DNA of 64,000 nt from Octopus sinensis (lineage: Eukaryota): NCBI RefSeq assembly GCF_006345805.1, contig NC_043008.1, forward strand, positions 19,034,001 through 19,098,000, read 5' to 3'. Within the stretch, counting starts at the first letter, position 1. Each line of letters opens with the position of its first letter. The notes below the pieces were generated by a model. It was not told where the DNA came from and did no database searches. It saw only the letters and a program-made list of their open reading frames with translations. Positions 24,041-37,341 of the stretch are shown in pieces. A program made the position numbers and the translations under genes.

Positions 24041-24490
24041 TGTGTGTATATATATATTAATATATATATATATATAGATATACATACACATTTATATATA
24101 CATATACAGGATTGATCAAAAGTTACCCGACAGTAAATCAAAACTCCATAAATACTACCTGTAATTCTATATTGACTCGAATGGAAAAGTATGTCACTCA
24201 AGAAGGACTTCAGTTTGAACAATTTTCATGATGTTTCAAATTGAGATGGTTTTATTAAATTCATTCAGATGTTAAACATTAAAAAAATCTTGGAATTAAA
24301 TGGTTTTTGATTTACTATCAGGTGACTTTTGGCCAACTCTTTATATATCATATATATATACACCAAAGATATTCTTGTTGCTTACTTTGATTATAATCAC
24401 CCCCATGGATTTATATAGATAATACCATACAAAATTCTGGTGCAGCTGACCTAAGTACCATATTTATTTGAATCTAAATTTTGCTGAACT

Positions 24491-24526
<36 letters not shown>

Positions 24527-24984
24527 TAATTTGGGATGTCTAGGATGTTCACAATAGCATTAACCACCAATCAAGTTTGGTTGAGATTCCAGTTGAATCA
24601 GTAATGACACAACAATACGTAAGTTGTACTGACTTCCACAATAGCCAGGAGTATATCTCTGGTTATCAGAGATCCAACTACACACACACACACACACACA
24701 TACAAACAGATGTATAAGATTTGCAAATAAAGCAATGATATCATCACTATAGAGATAATTACAACAATCAGTTAAACTGCGTTAATGAATGGCAACTGAT
24801 TGATAACCAAAATAGATAACTAGTACATGTGACCTGTGAGGTCAAAGGTGAACTCGGTGAATCAGCATGTTTTTATTAGTGTCTTCAGTTATATATATGT
24901 ATGTATGTATGTATGTATATATGTCATGTGTATATATACGCATATATCATGTAATGTTGTAAATGAATGTAATGTATACATACA

Positions 24985-25020
<36 letters not shown>

Positions 25021-25042
25021 TGTATATATATATATATATATG

Positions 25043-25084
<42 letters not shown>

Positions 25085-28000
25085 TATATACGTCATGTGT
25101 ATATATACGCATATATAATGTAATGTTGTAAATGAATGCAATGTGTGTGTATATATATATATATAAAAAATGCAAAAATGGGACAAGAACACAAAACATC
25201 CAAACAGGTGATACAAAAAAAAGGGGACAACAAAACATCCAGACAGATGATACAAAGAAAACAAGGATGGGTCATTCCAAGTTTTCTTTCCTCAGTCGAG
25301 TTCCAGATTATCTTTGCAATTTTGGCTGGTTGTACTCGAGATTGCTCCAATCTGACCAGCCCCAAGGAAAAACTAAGCTAAGAACATTAGATTCCTTGGA
25401 AGAAAGCAGCAAATGTATATGAAAACAAGAACAGAAAAAACTCTTTCATTTTTTTCTCACTCCTCCTTAATTCTTCTATCCCTCTGCCTCTACCTCTCTC
25501 TCTTCTCTCCTCACATGATTGGTTTTCGGTCAGGCCTGACCTTTCTTTCTTGGTTCGACTACCATCCGTGCAACATCTATATTCCTCCTTGTGCCTGTTA
25601 AATCTTATGTCCCTGCCATAAGGCTTTACTTCTACACATGCCAGCTTAATTTAATTCATCCTAGTCGAAAAACACCTGTTGTTATGTCCTGTTAATTGCA
25701 TTTGTATTTGTGTAACATTTCTCTGGTTTTTTCTGTCCTTGTTTTCTTATACATTCGCTGTTTTCTTCCAAGGAATCTAATGCTCTTAGCTTAGTTTTTC
25801 TTTGGAGCTGGCCAGATTGGAGCAATCTCGAGTATAACCAGCCAAAATTGCAAAGATAATCTGGAACTCGAGTAAGGAAAGAAAACTCAGAATGACCTGT
25901 CCTTGTTTTCGTTGTATCGTTTGTCTGGATGTGTTGTTGACCCAAATTTTTTTGTATCACTTGTTTGGATGTTTTGTGTTCTTGTCCCATTTTTGCATTT
26001 TTTATATATAAAATATAGCAACATATGTATTTTTGAAAACAAAAATATCTGAAATAAACTCGACTGCTCTCGCAAACAAGAATACTAAAAATGAACCCAA
26101 CTGCTCTCAGAAATTAAGTAATAAAAAGCAGGAAAAATAATCCAGAATCCTTGTCTAGTACCGGATGAATCCCAAAATTTAATTAGTTCGTGCCAGTCAT
26201 GAGGCCAAACATCCCTGAAAGTTTCATTCGAATCCATCCAGCAGTTCTTGAGATATCTTGTCCATGGACAAACAAACAAACGGTAATTAAAACAATACCT
26301 CTACCTTCGCTAAAGCGGAAGTGATAAAGGTGATGACAAGGAACAGTGTCAAAGATAACTAATACTCACCTTGAAGCTGAGCTGAAATACAATATCATTG
26401 GCAACAAGATCAACTTACCTTCATGGATAATTTCTATAATATCTCCTTCTTCAAAAGCCAATTCATCTGTATTTTGTGGATCGTATCTATAGAGACAACG
26501 GCATTTTGGAAGGTCTGGTTTTGGAGGTGGCTTCATCTGAGGTTTCGGTTTTTGAGGACGAGAAGATGGTGGGGGGTTCCTAGGTCTTTGTGGCCTGCTA
26601 TACAAAGAGAACAAATTGATTTTAACTCTTTAGCATTTAAAACTGGCCATATCTGGCCTAAATATCCTACCTAGATTTGGCCTCTCACACCTACCTAACA
26701 ATGTCATTCTAAAACTAAAAAATCATTATCATCATCATCATCATCATCTTTTAACGTCTGCTTTCCATGCTGGCATGGGTTGGACGGTTTGACTGAGGAC
26801 TGGCAAACCAGTAGGCTGCACCAGGCTCCAGTCTGATCTGGCAAGATTTCTACAGCTCGATGCCCTTCCTAATGCCAACCACTCCTAGAGCGTAGTGGGT
26901 ACTTTTTACATGCCACTGGCTTGGGGGCCAGTCAGACAGCATTGGCATTGACCATGCTCGAATGGTGCATTTTACGTGCCACCAACACAGGAGCCAGTCA
27001 GGTGGCATTGACATTGGCCATGCTTGAATGGAGTTTTTTTAATGTGCCACTGACATTGCCATCACCCTTGACAACGATTTCACTTGGCTCAACAGATGTT
27101 CTCAAGCACAGCATATTGCCCGACGATTGAAGGGTACTTTTAAACGGGGCCAGTAATGAAACACTGGCATTGGCCCCAGATACGATAATCACACCATCAA
27201 AATCCCAAAGCCATGAAATAATGCATGGATTAATTCAAAACAATGTGAATGCACAACCATTGCATTTAGCAGATTAATCAGAATGTTAAAGGATTAAGAT
27301 AAGTCCCTTGAGATTTGAGGAACTTCAATTCCTCAAGTTTCAATAAAGGAGACACTATTTACATTATTTACATTATTTACATTTGACAGATATTTGTCCC
27401 CATTTTGTTTGTTGTTAACACAACGTTTCGGCTGATGTACTCTCCAGCTTTCATCAGGTGTCTTGGGGAAATTTTCGAACCTGGGTTCTCATTCCTAAGA
27501 TATTTTTCGAGAGAGTTTGACATTTCGAGCATAGCTCTTCATCAAAAACGGAAAAAAGCAAGAAGTCCAAAGAGAAAGAAGAAATCACCAACAGCACACA
27601 AATAGTTGCATATTTTTTCACCGCTTCCACAGATTCCCATGATTCTCTGTCGCCATCCAATTCCATCATTAGGAATTCGAATTGGGAGCTTGAATCATGG
27701 TGTTAGTCTTTCATTAGCCGATTGCATAACCATGGGTGCCACCCCTATCGACACATTGCAGTGACTCTCTTAATAGATCTTGAAGATCCAGACAATTGAT
27801 CTTCTAAGATTCTTCCGCTCAGCCTCAAAATAAGAAGCACCGTTGGCTCAAGTGGGATCTTCTGCTGCCACTTCACAACCCACCATGCTGCGGACCCATG
27901 ACTTCATTATATCCCTGGCAAGGTGTCTGAGCACAGTCTTCTCTCCATGAGGTATTTTCAAATTACCTGCATAGCCAAAGGTACGTACATGTATCATCAT

Positions 28001-31000
28001 CAACCATGCCAATGCATGCACACATATGCACATGTGCACACACATGCACACACACACACATACATACATACACACACATGCATTCATATACACATATCTA
28101 CCTACCTACATACATACCTACATACATACATACATACATACATATGTACATACACACACATACACATACACACACACATAGATACACACATATGCACACA
28201 CACATACATTCATCCACACACACACATACATACACACACATACACACATATACGTACATACACATACATACACATATACACACACATAACACACATGCAC
28301 ATTTACACGCACACACATACACACACACTTACATGCACATTTACACACACACATACATACACATACATACACATATGCACATTTAGACACACATACACAT
28401 ACATATGCACACATGCATATATACACACATGCCCATTTACACACTCACAGATACATACACACACATCCACACATACATACATACATACACGCATATGCAC
28501 ATTTACACACACACATACACACATACAGACATACACACATGCACATTTACACACTCACAAACACATACACACGCATACACACATATATACACACATACAT
28601 ACACACATACATACACACACATCCACACCTACATACACACACATACACACATACATACACACATGCACATTTACACACACACACACACACTCACACATAA
28701 CCGCCAGTTACAGAAAGATGATGAGTATAAGAGAAGTGATGAGGATGGCAAGTAAATTCTCAGGAATACGAGAAGAGAGCAGCAGATGAACAGAGATGGA
28801 GATGGAGAGAAGAGTAATGAGTGACGAACACAATGGAGAGGGTATATGTTCAATCATCAATCATGGTTATCAGTCAGAGTAGAAGGTGGAGGAAGTAAAA
28901 TGGTACCTACTTTTGTATTTCCTCAGCTGTTGTTTTCTGTGAACCATTTGGAGCAGAATCCATGAAATTATTATTGATTAACTTTTTAGGTTTCAGCGGC
29001 TTTTGTACATCACTAATTCCAATCTTCTTGCTGCCGCCTGAAAGTCAAAGACAAAATAACAGTGTAAACATCACAGCAAGTTCTTGAGCAAGACACTTTA
29101 TTTTCACACTGTTCCAGTTCACTCATCTGTAGAAAAGAGTTACGACATCACTGTATCAAGCTTTTGCTTTTCCCTTGGATAACATCAGTGGCGTGGAGAG
29201 AGAAGATTGGTATGCATGGGCAACTGCAGGTCTTCCACAAGCAACCTTGCCCAGAGACGTGCCTTGGAGGGGAACTGTCTAGGTGCAATCCCATGGTCAT
29301 TCATGACTAAAGGGGGCCTTTACCCCTAGAAAGGATAGAAAATGGCTAATAATTCCTTCAATCTTTGCTTTCGTTACATTATTCAAACCCCAAAGAATCC
29401 CTCTCAATACATGGCTATGATGCTTCCCCATGCTCCTGTTCATGATCAGAGATGCATATATTGTTAGCCACTAAGGGACATGCTCAAGTGGCTAAGGTCA
29501 AGCTACTGACAAACATATCTATGGTATTGAGTAGAATATTTACTATAATGATATTTCTGCCTCAGCAACTCAGTGCTGAATCTGTCTGAAATGTAATGGA
29601 AAATAGGTCAGTTTCAAAAAATGGATGTCCAGGTCACAAAAGCAAAGATTGAAGGGAATAGAGGTCATTTCCTTTGACTTCTAGAGAGAAACGGATAGGA
29701 AATAACACTTACTGACCAAAGACAAAAAAGTACAAAAAACTTTGTCACACAGTCATCATCATCATCATCAGCATCATCATCGTCGTTGTTGTTTAATGTC
29801 TGCTTTCCATGCAGGCATGGGTTGGATGGTTTGAATGAGGACTGATAAGCCAGAAGGTTGTACCAGGTTCCAATCTGATCTGGCAAAGTTTCTACAGCTC
29901 GATGCCCTTCCTAATGCCAACCACTCCTAGAGTGTAGTGGGTGCTTTTTACGTGCCACCGGCATGGGAGCCAGTCAGGTGGCACTGGCATCAGTCATGAC
30001 ACAATGTGAATAAATAAGCATAACATTTGACAAAATAATTTGAATGCTAAAGTGTCAAATTAACTACAAGTCAGGAATTAATATCAGGTTCGTTAGTTTA
30101 CAGTGGAGGCACAAGTTAATTAGAGTATTTTGAAGGAAACGAACTTTAATCTTTTTTGTTTTTTATATATTATTTTGACTAGGCCTGGTTGTGTGGTAAC
30201 ATGTTTCCAGGTTCAGTCCCACTGCGTGGCATCTTGGGCAAGTTTCTTCTGCTATAGCCTTGGGCCAACCAAAGCCTTGTGAATGAATGAATGGATTTGG
30301 TAGACAGAAACTGAAAGTAATCCGTTGTACACATGTGTGTGTGCGTGTGTGTGTGTGTGTGGTGTGTGTGTGTGTGTGTTTGTGTCTGTGTTTGTCCCCC
30401 CACCACCAATGTTGGTGTATTTATGTCCCCATAACTTAGCATTTCAGCAAAAGAGACCGATAGAATAAGTACTGGTCTTACAAAGAATAAGTCCTGAGGT
30501 CGAATTCTTCGGCTAAAAATCCCCTTTAAAGTTGTCCTCCAGCATGGCCACAATCAAATGAGTGAAACATGTAAAAGAATAAAAGAATAAGATATTATTG
30601 ACACACTAACCTTTCATTGCATGAACTGGTGGTTTTGACGATGGAGGTGCGGGTTTATGCATTGGAGGTTTCGAAGATGGTGGAGGAGGTCTTCCACTGC
30701 TTTTCGGTATATGTTTGTTTCTTGGTTTATTTTTTGTTACCTCCATGTTAGGTCCTTGTTTGAGGAAATGAAAATACAGAAATTCAGATAAAAAATACAT
30801 AAATTAATTAATTAATGATGATGATGATGATGATGACAATGATGAAGAAAACAATGATGAAGATGATGATGATGATGATGATAGTAACAGGGAGGAGAAA
30901 GAGAAAGAAAGAAGAGGAAGGAGGCGAGATTGGGGACGAGGAAGATGCGACGAGAGGAGGGGATGTGGGGGTGGGGAAGTGGGGGAGAGGGGGAGGAGAG

Positions 31001-31540
31001 AAAGAAAGAAAGAAAGAAAGAAAGAAGAAGAAGAAGAAGAAAGATCCATTAATTTTTTTTAAATGCGTCCCTTCTCCATCTTATTTAATCTGTCGAGGTT
31101 GGCTTTGTCTTTCATCCCTTCAGGGGTCAATAGATCAAGCACCAGTTGCATACTGGGGTCGATCTAATTGACTGGCCCCCTTCCCCAAAAATTTCGGGTC
31201 TTGGTGGTGGTGGTGGTGGTGGTGGGGTGGTGGTGGTGACAGTGACAGTTTTTATGATGATGATGATGATGATGGCAGTGGTAGTGGTGGTGGTGGTGGT
31301 GGTGGTGATGGTGACAGTCCTTATGATGATGATGATGGTAGTGGTGGTGATGGTGCACTATGACAATGATGATGATAATAATGATGATGATAATGGCAGT
31401 GATGATGATGATGATGATGATGATAATGGTTGTCACTAGTGTTATCATCATCATCATCATCATCATAATTGTTTAATTGTTGTCGTCGTCATCATCATCA
31501 TCATTGCGCTAAAGTACAAAAAGATAATCAAGTATTGATG

Positions 31541-31637
<97 letters not shown>

Positions 31638-34600
31638 ACACACACACATGTATGACATGGATAACAGCATGATAAATGTAAAACAGCAGAAATAGTTCAA
31701 AGTTAATTATTTTAGATCTTCATGTAAGATCAAACCTCTTGTATATGACATTGAAGACATCAGAGACCCACCCACCCACGCACCCCACACCTTATCTCCA
31801 CCCTCATCTTATCTGTTATTTGCTAAACACTTATCTTAAACATAACATTCATTCATACATTCATTCATTCACCCATTTATTCATTCATTCACTCATTTAT
31901 TCATTTATAAACTCTCACTCATTCCTTCGTTCATTTATTCTTTCATTCATTTATTCATTCATTAACTCATTTATTTATTCACTCACTCATTTATTCACTG
32001 ATTTATTCATTCATTTCTTCATTCATTCATTCATTCACTCATTCCTTCATTCATTTCTTCATTCACTCATTCCTTCATTTATTTCTTCATTCACTCATTC
32101 CTTCATTTATTTCTTCATTCACTCATTCCTTCATTCATTTCTTCATTCACTCATTCTTTCATTCATTTCTTCATTCACTCATTCTTTCATTCATTTCTTC
32201 ATTCATTAATTCCTTCACTCATTCCTTCACTCATTCCTTCATTCATTTCATCATTCACTCATTCTTTCATTCATTTCTTCATTCACTCATTCTTTCATTC
32301 ATTTCTTCATTCACTCATTCTTTCATTCACTAATTCCTTCACTCATTCCTTCACTCTTTCCTTCATTCACTCATTCTTTCATTCATTTCTTCATTCACTA
32401 ATTCCTTCACTCATTCCTTCACTCTTTCCTTCATTCACTCATTCTTTCATTCATTTCTTCATTCACTCATTCCTTCACTCATTCCTTCATTCATTTCTTC
32501 ATTCACTCATTCTTTCATTCATTTCTTCATTCACTCATTCTTTCATTCACTAATTCCTTCACTCATTCCTTCACTCTTTCCTTCATTCACTCATTCTTTC
32601 ATTCATTTCTTCATTCACTAATTCCTTCACTCATTCCTTCACTCTTTCCTTCATTCACTCATTCTTTCATTCATTTCTTCATTCACTCATTCTTTCATTC
32701 ATTCTTCATTCATAATTCCTTCACTCATTCCTTCACTCATTCCTTCATTCATCATCATTCACTCATTCTTTCATTCATTCTTCATTCACTCATTCTTTCA
32801 TTCATTTCTTCATTCACTCATTCTTTCATTCACTAATTCCTTCACTCATTCCTTCACTCTTTCCTTCATTCACTCATTCTTTCATTCATTTCTTCATTCA
32901 CTAATTCCTTCACTCATTCCTTCACTCTTTCCTTCATTCACTCATTCTTTCATTCATTTCTTCATTCACTTATTCCTTCACTCATTCCTTCATTTATTTC
33001 TTCATTCACTCATTCTTTCATTCATTTCTTCATTCATTAATTCCTTCACTCATTCCTTCACTCTTTCCTTCATTCACTCATTCTTTCATTCATTTCTTCA
33101 TTCACTCATTCCTTCATTCATTCCTTCATTCGCTCATTCACTCATTCATTCACTCGTTTATTCTTTTATATCATTTCCAATCACAGTGATTGGTTATTAG
33201 TTTCCAATGACCCAATCACTGCTTACTTCATTCTACAATGGTGAGAGGGAAGGAGGCAAGCTGTACAACCTGAGTAGGAAATAACACACACACACACAGA
33301 CACACACACACATGCACACATACACACACACACACACATGCACACACACACACACACAAACACCACACATGCACACACATACACCACACATGCACACACA
33401 TACACACATACACACAAGGGTTGTAGAAATGATGGATTCAAAATAGTGGTCAAAATTATTGGAAAGATGGTGGACAATTGTGGCCTTCTAACAAATCAGC
33501 TGCCGGACAATGAAGATTTAGTGTGTTTGATGTCCATTGAAAAGAAGACATTCAAGATATGGTGACCGGTGGATGATATTTGTCTGGTTTAAGGCGGTGA
33601 GCTGGCAGAAACGTTAGCACACCAGGCAAAATGCGTAGCCATATTACGTCTGCCGTTACGTTCTGAGTTCAAGTTCTGCCGAGGTCGACTTTGCTTTTCA
33701 TCCTTTCGAGGTCGATAAATTAAGTACTGGTTACGTACTGGGGTCAATGTAATTGACTTAATCCGTTTGTCTGTCCTTGTTTGTCTCCTCTGTGTTTACC
33801 CCCTTGTGGGTAGAAAAGAAATAGGTATTTCGTCTGCCGTTACATTCTGAGTTCAAATTCCACCGAGCTCGACTTTGCTTTTCATCCTTTCAGGATCGAT
33901 AAATAAAGTACCAGTTATGCACTGGGGTCGATGTAATTGACTTAATCTGTTTGTCTGTCCTTGTTTGTCCCCTCTGTGTTTAGCCCCTTGTGGGTAGTAA
34001 AGAAATAGATATTTGTCTGGTTTCACATTTCTGGACAGCTTCCAGTAGATTTATATTCTAGACAAGATGGGGGTCCCAGACTGGAGATGCAGACAGTAAA
34101 TGTGGAGGGGGCCATAGCAATATATAGCTTTAAATAGATAGCTGGTGAGTGGCTGACAAGGAGGGTCTTACAGAGAGATACTAAGACACTTTTAAAAATT
34201 ATAGAAATATCATTCATGATGCAGATCATTGTTGACTCCTAGGCGTAGGAGTGGCTGTGTGGTAAGTAGCTTGCTTACCGACCACATGGTTCTGGGTTCA
34301 GTCTCACTGCGTGGCACCTTGGGCAAGTGTCTTCTACTATAGCCTCAGGCCAACCAAAACCTTGTGAGTGGATTTGGTAGACGGAAACTGAAAGAAGCCC
34401 GTTGTATATATGTATATAAACATGTATGTATGTGTATATGTTTGTGTGTCTGTGTTTGTCTCCCCAACATCGCTTGACAACTGATGCTGGTGTGTTTACA
34501 TACCTGTAACTTAGCAGTTCGGCAAAAGGGACTGATAGAATAAGTACTAGGCTTACAAAGAATAAGTCCTGGGGTCGATTTGCTCGACTAAAAAGGCGGT

Positions 34601-35075
34601 GCTCCAGCATGGCCACAGTCAAATGACTGAAACGAGTAAAAGAGTTATAATATCTATACCACATTCACCAGCAGATGTCTTATGTTTGGTATTGTGGAGG
34701 ACAGAGCGAAATTCTGAGATTTTCCTCCCTAAATGTGTAGTGTTGTACTTGTCTGCAGCCTAGTTGGGTTGACATTCGGCAACCCATTTGCTGCATTGTG
34801 ACAAGGTCAGATTGCTAAGACAGTGTTGACCTTTACTCTTTTACTCTTTTACCTGTTTCAGTCATTTGACTGCGGCCATGCTGGAGCACCGCCTTTAATC
34901 GAGCACCTCGACCCCGGGACTTATTCTTTTGTAAGCCCAGTACTTATTCCATCGGTCTCTTTTGCTGATCCGCTAAGTAACAGGGACATAAACACACCAG
35001 CATCGGTTGTCAAGCAATGCTAGGGGGACAAACACAGACACACGAACACACACACATACATATATATAAATATAT

Positions 35076-35109
<34 letters not shown>

Positions 35110-37289
35110 CGACAGGCTTCTTTCAGTTTCCGTCTACCAATCCACTCACAAGGCTTTGGTCGGCCCGAGGCTATAGTGGAAGACACTTGCCCAAGATGCC
35201 ACGCAGTGGGACTGAACCCGGAACCATGTGGTTCATAAACAAGCTACGTGCCACACAGCCACTCCTGCGCCTCCTTTGTTGATGGTTTTTAAAAGTGTGG
35301 TTTGTTTAATACAGGTCATTGTTGACAATAATGCATAGGTTATATATCCTCCTGTGGACATCGTAAGCCTGGTGTTATGAAGGAAAAGGTAAATTCCAGG
35401 TTTTTCTTGCCAATATGTATAATGGTGCATTTTGTCTACAGCTGGCTTCAAGGAAAGGAGACTCATGATTGTTTGAATAATACTGAATGTGAGAGAAAGA
35501 AAAAGAGGTAGAGGGAAAGTGAGGGAGAGAGAGAGAGAGAGAACAGAGAATGAGTGAGGGAGAGAGAGAGAGAGATACACACAGAGAGAACAGATAATGA
35601 GTGAGGGGAGAGAGAGAGAGACAGACAGACAGACAGATAGACAGAACAGAGAATGAGAGAGGGAGAGAGAGAGACAGAGAGAGAGCAGAGAATGAGTGAA
35701 GGAGAGAGAGAGACAGAGAGAGAGAGCAGAGAATGAGTGAGGGAGAGACAGACAGACAGACAGACAGAACAGAGAATGAGTGAGAGAGAGATGAGCAAAG
35801 ATGATTTCTTACTGCTGTCACTTGGAAGTCCAGGTCCAATGGAAACATGAAGACATTTCCCAACAATTTTCGTCTCTGTATTGTTTCCGACTCCTTGTGG
35901 AACTCCACTTGTTTTTGACGACCTCCGCGCCAGCCGTCTTTCTTCACATTGTATTCAAGCCTGCAACACAGAATTAAATAACTTTAATGACTGATTGTTG
36001 TTGTTGTTGTTGTTGTAGCTATAAGCACCATTGCCCAAGATACCAATCGTCTGGAAGCCGTTCAGCAACGTGCAACCAAAAGAATAACCTCCATCAGGCA
36101 TTTGCCATATTCTGAACGCCTTACTTCCCTCTGGCATGGACACATTGAAACTCCGACGTCTGACAGCTGACTTGGCAGACACCCATAAAATTATCAACCA
36201 TCTTACAAACAATAACTCTGAGCACCTTTTCAAACTCCACCCGTCTAACACCCGTGGACCTATTTCTATTTCTTTACAAAGTCAGAAAACAGCACAGCTC
36301 CCATGACTTTAGGAAACATTTTTTCACGCTGAGAGTTGCTGAAGCATGGAACAAACTGCTGGCATCAGTTGATAGTTGTCGGAGCACTGCATCCTTCAAA
36401 ACTTCCATGCTTCCTGAGATTCGCCAACACTACACCTGATTTTCACCCCCCCTCCATACACACACAAGCATGTATCTGACTCATGCATTGTTCGCTTTCC
36501 AGACATTTGTACATTACTGCATATACTTTATATGCACTTTCGGACAAGTTGTGGTGCACCTGAGCACTGTATACAATAATCTCTTATTATAAAAGGCAGA
36601 TTTTATCTGCCTCCCTTTGGGAGTTATACAAATCTACAATATAGGATTTCTTCAATTACAATTTACCTACCATTTTTAAGAGTACAATGCATCGCGTCAT
36701 GCCAGGTCCAGTTTTTAAAATTTAAACTCCAATTAAGCAAAATTTACAGAAAACTCACATTCTGGTGTGTGTGTCAAATGCTTTTCTTAGTCTGGTTTAC
36801 ACCACACGCAAACGCACACACACAGTGGGCAACGAATAAAATGAAAGTAAATAGCGACAGAGTGATTTGAGGAAGACTAAAGTGAAAGTATTCTGTCTAT
36901 GACGCTGATAGATACATGAGTAAAATGTATGGGAAGCTAAGAGCTAAGAGTGAGTGAAAATGTTCTTGGAAGAGAGTAATTAGTAATAAAGTAAACATAC
37001 ACTCATACATACATACATACATACATATACATACATACATACATACATACATACACACACACATACACACACACACACATACATACACACACACATACAT
37101 ACATACAACATACATACATACATACATATATATACATACATACATACATACATATACATACATACACACACACATACACACACACACAGTATTGAAGCTT
37201 GAGAACAATCAGATACATTTGCAACACATCTGTTGAAAATATTATTGTTCACACATATACATATATACATACAGACAGACAGACAGATA

Positions 37290-37341
<52 letters not shown>

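Noticed and set aside
24240-24480. Possible Tc1 transposase/TIR remnant
   Set aside because: Only a vague resemblance (gacctaagtacc, acttttggcca); too degraded to call.
27848-27968. Extra myosin exon (cag|GT AAT TTG AAA ATA CCT...)
   Set aside because: Its only open frame is phase 1 and ends in a stop; the upstream exon ends in phase 2, and the flanking exons already join in frame.
33226-33270. Short ag...gtaagc-bounded candidate micro-exon
   Set aside because: No similarity to myosin in any frame; not needed for phase once the 1-bp deletion is accounted for.
35375-35947. 190-aa ORF starting MKKDGWRGG as a separate gene or alternative terminal exon
   Set aside because: It is the first half of the frameshifted myosin exon running out of frame into the intronic (CT)n repeat.
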